Below, in pieces: positions 58,229 through 64,000 of a DNA stretch of 64,000 nucleotides. The notes under the pieces are model-generated. The model had not been told where the DNA came from. It searched no databases and saw nothing but the letters and a program-made list of their open reading frames with translations. Within the stretch, counting starts at the first letter, position 1; each line of letters opens with the position of its first letter. The DNA is from Pseudomonadota bacterium. GTDB taxonomy: Bacteria > Pseudomonadota > Gammaproteobacteria > Burkholderiales > SG8-39. The DNA lies in the NCBI GenBank assembly GCA_021811085.1, contig JAJZPQ010000001.1, positions 81,428 through 145,427 on the forward strand, written 5' to 3'. A program made the translations under genes and the position numbers.

Positions 58229-60544
58229 ATGAGAAAAAATCGATCGTCATACCAATGGATCGACGTTGTTCCGCGAGCCGGGGATATTGCTAGAGGTCTG
58301 GTGGCGGGTTTGCTGGCCCTCGTGCTGGCTGGCTGCGGGGGCGGTGGTGGCGGTGGCGGCAGCACAGGAACCGCGGCCGGTCCCGGATCGGCGACGGGCG
58401 GAGCGGCGGCGCTCGCCGCGTCCACGGCACTGAACATGACGATCACCAGTGTGACGATCAACAGTCCGCCGGTGGTGAATTTCACCGTTACCAACGAAGC
58501 GGGCGTAGGCATGGCCGGCCTCACTGCGGCAGATCTGCGCTTCAACATCGCCAAGCTGGTGCCGGGATCGAACGGCGGCCCGAGCACCTGGCAAAATTAC
58601 ATCAACCGCGCCAACGGCGGTGCGGTGCAGGGCACGCAGGAGCGTTCAGCTGCCGGCTACGCTTTCGGCACCTTGGCGAACAACGGCAACGGCAGCTATA
58701 CATATACCTTCGCTACCGACATCAAGACCGCTACTTGTCCTGCGCCGTGTACCGACGCCGACGGCAAGGCCCTCGATATCAGCTATCAACCGGGCCTGAC
58801 GCACCGGGTCACGATCCAACAGGCCAACAGCACCTATCCGAAGAGTGCTGGGGTATACGATTTCGTGCCCTCTGGCGCCACGCTAACAACGACGCGCGAT
58901 ATCGTCTCCAACGCCAAATGCAACGCCTGCCATAGTCAGCTGAGCGCGCATGGCACGCGCGTCGACACCAAATTGTGCGTTACCTGCCATAACCCGGGCT
59001 CCTGGGTTGCCGGAGCGCCCAATACGCCTGTGGATTTCAAGGTAATGATCCACAAGATTCACGATGGCGACGCATTGCCGAGCGTGCTCGCCGGCACGCC
59101 GTATGTGGTCAACGGAACCAATTTCTCCTCGGTCGCGTTCCCGCAGGATGTGCGCAACTGCACCAAGTGCCATGACGGTACTCCGGGTGCGGCGAATGCA
59201 ACCGCGCAGGGCGATAACTGGAAAATGCAACCGAGCATGGAGGCCTGCGGCGCCTGCCACGACGATGTCTACTTCGGTACAAAGCCGGATCCGGCCAAAC
59301 CGTATCAGACGGTGGTGCACCCCGGCGGCGTGCAGACCGATAACAGCGCTTGCTCGACGTGCCACACGGCGGGCAAGTTTCCGGACGCCAAGGATATTAT
59401 CGTGGCGCATAACTTCCCGACACGCTTCAAGGCGGCATCGGCGAAATTCCAGTACAACATTATCAGCGTCACACCGACGACGGCAGGTTCGAAGCCGGTC
59501 GTCACGTTCTCGGTCACGGATCCGACCAACGGCGACAAGCCCTACGACCTCAAAGCCGATCCGGCTTTCACGGCCACGGCAAGCGGCACGAGCCGACTGG
59601 CGGTCAGCATCGGCTGGAGTACAACGGACTTCGGCAACAGCAGCAGCGGCCAGAAATACGGCCAACCGATCAGCATCGACGCCCTGGCAACTTCGGTCGC
59701 CGGTGCCGCGGCCGGGACCTATACCGTGACTTCTCCGGTCGCGGTTCCCGCGGCGCAGACCGGCACGCTGCGTGTCACCATCGATGGCCACCCCGCGGGC
59801 GATGTCACCACGGCGGGAACGTTTACCGACCGGTTGAAAGTCAGGAGCGTGTTCAAGGATGCTGCGATCACTGGCAGCGTAACGGCGCGCCGGGTAGTCG
59901 TGGACGTCGCCAAATGCGACGTTTGCCATGGCGTGCTGAGTCTGCACGGAAATAATCGCACCGACGAGCCGAGTGTATGCGTTGTCTGCCACAATCCGGA
60001 TGCGACCGATGCGGGCCGGCGTCCGGCTACATTGGGCGTGCTCACCGGCGGTGTGGACGGCAAGCTGGAGGAGTCGATCGACTTCAAGAGGATGATCCAC
60101 GCGATCCATGCGGGACAAGCGAGCAACGGCGGATTCCGCACCAAGGGCATCGTCGTATATGGCTTCGGCGGCAGCGTGAACGACTTCAGCAAAGTCGTGT
60201 TCCCCGGAAAGCTGAACGATTGCTCGGTCTGCCATGCCGGCACTTCGTATCAATTGACGGGTACCTGGGCGGCGCCCGTGGCCAACGGCGTTGCCGGAAG
60301 CACCATCAGCACGGGCGCTTCTGCGACTGATCCTGCGGATAACCTGAGAATCACGCCCACCGCGGCGGTGTGCTCGTCGTGTCATGACAGCGCGGTAGCG
60401 CAGACGCACATGCAGGACAGCTTCAATGCCGGCAACTTCTCGGCGACGCAGGCGACCATCAAGGCTGCCGCGCCGGAAGCTTGCACCTTCTGCCACGGGC
60501 CGGGTAAAGCGCTCGACGTTCAGACGGTGCACGGTGTACAGTAA
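58229..60544 (+). CDS. mtrC: Decaheme OmcA/MtrC family cytochrome lipoprotein 3
   Basis: Lipobox LAGC; 10 CxxCH motifs; MIHKIH and MIHAIH. Confidence 0.92.
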   Translation: MRKNRSSYQWIDVVPRAGDIARGLVAGLLALVLAGCGGGGGGGGSTGTAAGPGSATGGAAALAASTALNMTITSVTINSPPVVNFTVTNEAGVGMAGLTAADLRFNIAKLVPGSNGGPSTWQNYINRANGGAVQGTQERSAAGYAFGTLANNGNGSYTYTFATDIKTATCPAPCTDADGKALDISYQPGLTHRVTIQQANSTYPKSAGVYDFVPSGATLTTTRDIVSNAKCNACHSQLSAHGTRVDTKLCVTCHNPGSWVAGAPNTPVDFKVMIHKIHDGDALPSVLAGTPYVVNGTNFSSVAFPQDVRNCTKCHDGTPGAANATAQGDNWKMQPSMEACGACHDDVYFGTKPDPAKPYQTVVHPGGVQTDNSACSTCHTAGKFPDAKDIIVAHNFPTRFKAASAKFQYNIISVTPTTAGSKPVVTFSVTDPTNGDKPYDLKADPAFTATASGTSRLAVSIGWSTTDFGNSSSGQKYGQPISIDALATSVAGAAAGTYTVTSPVAVPAAQTGTLRVTIDGHPAGDVTTAGTFTDRLKVRSVFKDAAITGSVTARRVVVDVAKCDVCHGVLSLHGNNRTDEPSVCVVCHNPDATDAGRRPATLGVLTGGVDGKLEESIDFKRMIHAIHAGQASNGGFRTKGIVVYGFGGSVNDFSKVVFPGKLNDCSVCHAGTSYQLTGTWAAPVANGVAGSTISTGASATDPADNLRITPTAAVCSSCHDSAVAQTHMQDSFNAGNFSATQATIKAAAPEACTFCHGPGKALDVQTVHGVQ

Positions 60545-60585
60545 AAGCGAAGATCAACAAGAGCCATGCTAACGGACAGACAACG

Positions 60586-61563
60586 ATGAAACTCAAGAAA
60601 CCATTATTTGCAGCGCTGCTACTGTTGTCTGGTTTTGCGTTCAGCGCCGCCGCGGAGGATAAGCCTGCGGCGAAGGCCGCCGAGCCGCCGCCGGCGCCGA
60701 TGAGCATGGGCACGGAATACACCGAGAAGGGCGCCGACACCTGCCTGCAGTGCCACGTCGAGGGCGGCGATTTTCCGGTGTACGAGATTTTCAAGACCAA
60801 GCACGGCAATCGCGCCGACAAGCGCACGCCCTTTGCCCCCGGGCACTTGCAATGCGAGGCCTGCCACGGCCCGGGCAAGAAGCATGCCGATAACGGCGGC
60901 GGCCCGGACGGCATCAACAGCCAGAAGCGCACTTCCTTCCTGACACCGCAGCAGCGCAACAAGTATTGCCTGGCATGCCACCAGAATGGCGCGCGCACCG
61001 GCTGGATCGCGAGCACGCACGACGCGAACAATGTCGCCTGCAGCGATTGCCACAAGATCCATGCCGAGCGCGATCCTGTGCTCACGAAAGCGACCCAACC
61101 GGATGTCTGCTACAAATGCCACAAGAAGGAACGCGCGGACTTTTCCAAGCCGTCGGCGCACCCGGTTCGATTCGGCACCATGACTTGCAGCGACTGCCAC
61201 GCGCCGCATGGCGCGAATACGGCTGCCTTGCTGGTAAAGCCGACCGTGAATCAGACCTGCTACACCTGCCACGCGGAAAAGCGCGGGCCCTTCCTGTGGG
61301 AGCATGCGCCGGTGGCGGAGGACTGCACCTTGTGCCATTACCCGCACGGCTCGGTCAATCAATGGCGGCTGAAGAAGAATCCGCCGCTGCTGTGCCAGCA
61401 GTGCCATTCGGTGGCAGGGCACCCGTCAGTCGCGCGCACCAGCGCCTCGTTGCCTGGAGGCGCAGGCGGCGGGCAGGCCTTCCTGCTCGCAGGCAGCTGC
61501 CTCAATTGCCATTCGCAGATACACGGTTCGAACCATCCGTCCGGATATAAGCTGATGCGCTAG
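60586..61563 (+). CDS. mtrA: Decaheme periplasmic cytochrome, MtrA/DmsE family
   Basis: Signal peptide; 10 CxxCH motifs; EKRGPFLWEHAPV and HGSNHPSG. Confidence 0.95.
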   Translation: MKLKKPLFAALLLLSGFAFSAAAEDKPAAKAAEPPPAPMSMGTEYTEKGADTCLQCHVEGGDFPVYEIFKTKHGNRADKRTPFAPGHLQCEACHGPGKKHADNGGGPDGINSQKRTSFLTPQQRNKYCLACHQNGARTGWIASTHDANNVACSDCHKIHAERDPVLTKATQPDVCYKCHKKERADFSKPSAHPVRFGTMTCSDCHAPHGANTAALLVKPTVNQTCYTCHAEKRGPFLWEHAPVAEDCTLCHYPHGSVNQWRLKKNPPLLCQQCHSVAGHPSVARTSASLPGGAGGGQAFLLAGSCLNCHSQIHGSNHPSGYKLMR

Positions 61564-61624
61564 CCGGCGCGCGAACGACGATGCGAGCAGCGACGACGAG
61601 ATAAACCGCACACAGGACAAGAAC

Positions 61625-63718
61625 ATGAAGACCTCAAATCAACTGCTACTGCTAGGCGTGCTGTCGGCGCTGTCATCGGCGACAGCGGCCGCGGCCGACG
61701 GCGCTGCCGCTGTCGATACCTCGCAGTGGAAATGCGAGTCCTGCAAATTCGAGCAGGGGGTCAGCGGGACGCTGGACGTGGGGGCGGGGACGGTTTCGGA
61801 CAAGTCGGCCGAATTCGGCCAATACAACGGCCTGCAAAAGAAAGGTGGATTTTTCATCGGCGGCGCCTCGGTGCGCTCGCGCGGCGCGGACGGAACCTAC
61901 TGGAATCTCGATGCATCGAATCTCGGCCTGGACACGCGCTCCGTCGATGCCGAGGGCGGAAAGCAGGGCAGTTATAAGCTGCGGCTGAAGTATGACGAGA
62001 CGCCGCACCGCATCTGGGACGGTGCGCTGACGCCTTTCGCCGGCAGCGGCGGCGCGTCGCTGACCCTGCCCGCAGGTTTCGCCGCGGCCACGACCGCCGG
62101 CATGCCTTTGGCCGGCCAGCTCAACCAGGTCGACCTGGCCACGCAAAGAAAGCAAGTGGGCGTGGGCGGATCCTGGATCCCCAACACGAACTGGGAATAC
62201 GCATTCAATTATCGCCACGAGACGCGCGATGGCAACAAGGCGACGGCCGGCTCGTTCTTCGTCAATTCCACCCAGCTGATCGAACCCACGGACTATGTGA
62301 CCGATCAGGTGGACGCATCCGCTTCCTACGCCAGCAAGAAATTTCAGCTGAAATTTGCCTATTACGGATCGAAGTTCACCAACAGCAACCACTCGTTGAC
62401 TTGGGCTGACCCCTACGGTACGGCCGCTTTTCTTGGGACGTTTCCCGGCGCTGCCGCTGGTCAGCTGGCGCTGCCGCCGGACAATCAATTTCATCAGGTC
62501 TCGGCCACAGCCGGATACCAGATCAGCGACAAGACGCGATTCAGCGGCGACATCGCTATAGGCCGCATGACGCAGAACGACAGCTTCCTTCCGTATGGCA
62601 CCGCTGTTCCGGGCCCAGGCGGTTCGCTGAATGGCAGGGCGAAGACCTTGGACGCAGGCCTGAAACTCAGTTCGGCCGTCACCGATCGGCTGCGGCTGAA
62701 CGCGGCGTATACGCATAACGATCGCGACAACGAGACGCCGCAATCGCTCTACGCGGTAATATCGACCGATATGTTTCCCGGGGCGCCCAGAACGAATCTG
62801 CCCTACAGCTTCAAGCAGGATAAATTGAAGTTGAGCGCCGATTACCGGGTCTCGGAGCGCCTGCGCGGCGCGGTGGGTGCGGATTTCGATTCGCACAAGC
62901 GCACCTATGCGGAAGTCGATACGACGCACGAGAACACGGCCTGGGGCAAGGTCACTTCGAGTCTGACGGACAAGATCGACCTGACGTTGAAGCTCGCACA
63001 TGGCGAGCGCAGGAATTCGGGCACGTTCCAGCCGATCGCCGGGATTACGCCGCCCGAGAATCCGCTGCTCAGACGATTCAATCTGGCGAATCGCACGCGG
63101 GATACGGTGGGCCTGCGCGGTGACTTTACGCCGATGGAACGCCTCAGCATCGGACTCGGACTGGATACGTCCGAGGACAAATACGCCGATTCAACGATCG
63201 GTCTGACCAACGCCAAGGATTACAATTTGAACGGCGACGTGTCGCTGGTCGTGTCGGAGCGCACCAATTTGCGGCTTTTCGCGATTCATCAAGAGATCAA
63301 GTCGAAACAAGCCGGCAGCCAGACATTTTCAGTCCCCGATTGGTTTGCCGACAACAAGGATACGATCGATACGTTCGGCCTTGGCATAAAGCATGCAGCA
63401 ATCAAGGACAAGCTCGACATCGGCGCGGACTGGAGCGCCTCGCGCTCGCGCAGCCAGATCGACGTCAGCACCGGCGTCTCGAATCCGGCCTTCCCCGACA
63501 TCAGGGCTAAACTGGATACGCTGAAGCTCTACGCCACGTATCGCCTGAAGGAGAGCATGTCGCTGCAGGCGGGCTACTGGATCGAACGCTATAGCACTCA
63601 GGACTGGATGCTGGACAACGTTGTGCCCAGCACCATCCCCAATGTCCTGACCATGGGACTGCAGGCGCCGCAGTACCACGTGAACGTTCTGAGCCTGGCG
63701 CTGAGGTACAAGTTCTAG
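61625..63718 (+). CDS. mtrB: MtrB/PioB family outer-membrane beta-barrel
   Basis: Signal peptide; N-terminal CxxC (WKCESC); LPPDNQFHQ; C-terminal aromatic residue (RYKF). Confidence 0.93.
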   Translation: MKTSNQLLLLGVLSALSSATAAAADGAAAVDTSQWKCESCKFEQGVSGTLDVGAGTVSDKSAEFGQYNGLQKKGGFFIGGASVRSRGADGTYWNLDASNLGLDTRSVDAEGGKQGSYKLRLKYDETPHRIWDGALTPFAGSGGASLTLPAGFAAATTAGMPLAGQLNQVDLATQRKQVGVGGSWIPNTNWEYAFNYRHETRDGNKATAGSFFVNSTQLIEPTDYVTDQVDASASYASKKFQLKFAYYGSKFTNSNHSLTWADPYGTAAFLGTFPGAAAGQLALPPDNQFHQVSATAGYQISDKTRFSGDIAIGRMTQNDSFLPYGTAVPGPGGSLNGRAKTLDAGLKLSSAVTDRLRLNAAYTHNDRDNETPQSLYAVISTDMFPGAPRTNLPYSFKQDKLKLSADYRVSERLRGAVGADFDSHKRTYAEVDTTHENTAWGKVTSSLTDKIDLTLKLAHGERRNSGTFQPIAGITPPENPLLRRFNLANRTRDTVGLRGDFTPMERLSIGLGLDTSEDKYADSTIGLTNAKDYNLNGDVSLVVSERTNLRLFAIHQEIKSKQAGSQTFSVPDWFADNKDTIDTFGLGIKHAAIKDKLDIGADWSASRSRSQIDVSTGVSNPAFPDIRAKLDTLKLYATYRLKESMSLQAGYWIERYSTQDWMLDNVVPSTIPNVLTMGLQAPQYHVNVLSLALRYKF

Positions 63719-63729
63719 CAAACACCGAA

Positions 63730-63822
63730 GTACGTGGTTCGTAGCTCGTTGTTCGTGGGCGACTAACGAACTACGAACAACATCACGAACCACGAACCAC
63801 GAACCACGAACCACGTACTACG
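63730..63822. repeat. Heptamer tandem repeat within an inverted repeat
   Basis: (CACGAAC)x4 at 63784-63811; GTACGTGGTTCGT (63730-63742) pairs with ACGAACCACGTAC (63806-63818). Confidence 0.75.
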
Positions 63823-63826
63823 TTTC

Positions 63827-64000
63827 TCACGCCGGCCACAGCGGTGGCTCGTCCATGAGCGCGATCTGCTCGCGCAGCTCCAGTATCCGGTCTTGCCAGT
63901 AGCGCTGCGTGTTGAACCAGGGGAAAGCGGCGGGGAAGGCGGGGTCGTCCCAGCGCCGCGCGATCCAGGCCGAGTAGTGGATCAGGCGCAGCGTCCGCAG
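63827..64000 (-). CDS. srkA: Stress response kinase SrkA/RdoA, 3' part
   Basis: LRTLRLIHYSAWIARRWDDPAFPAAFPWFNTQRYWQD. Confidence 0.9.
   Translation of the reverse strand: MRTLRLIHYSAWIARRWDDPAFPAAFPWFNTQRYWQDRILELREQIALMDEPPLWPA

Noticed and set aside
51171-60532. Long antisense ORFs opposite the cytochromes, and similar ones throughout the window
   Set aside because: Shadow ORFs typical of high-GC coding DNA; Arg/Ala-rich with no motifs
63784-63818. Possible CRISPR array
   Set aside because: 7-bp units with no spacers; no cas genes in the window

Overview
GC-rich window, most likely from a Betaproteobacterium (inferred from the CX14CX2C-type QueE, the ltnD-otnKCI cluster and SrkA; no search was run). 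The left ~47 kb holds catabolic and housekeeping genes: an orphan type IV pilin, a peptide-type ABC transporter with an M20 hydrolase, queE-queD, SDRs and TetR next to an hcrCAB-like molybdoenzyme, mnmC, a Ser/Thr kinase fused to a cNMP-binding domain, the tetronate pathway, an acyl-CoA operon, a TRAP transporter and a divergent metK. It also carries several gene remnants (DUF1932-like, ALDH, SRAP, EAL, Bug-like) and palindromic repeat elements. The right ~17 kb is a low-oxygen respiration region: rquA (rhodoquinone synthesis), a MITE, hemerythrin, gdh, then three tandem decaheme MtrC/OmcA lipoproteins, mtrA and mtrB (40 CxxCH motifs counted). Two perfect FNR boxes precede mtrC-1 and mtrC-2, and a ComEA-like gene with its own sigma70 promoter is embedded in the cluster. 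The leading hypothesis is a rhodoquinol-fed, FNR-controlled extracellular electron transfer system with interchangeable outer-surface cytochromes. Family assignments come from motif recognition by eye.
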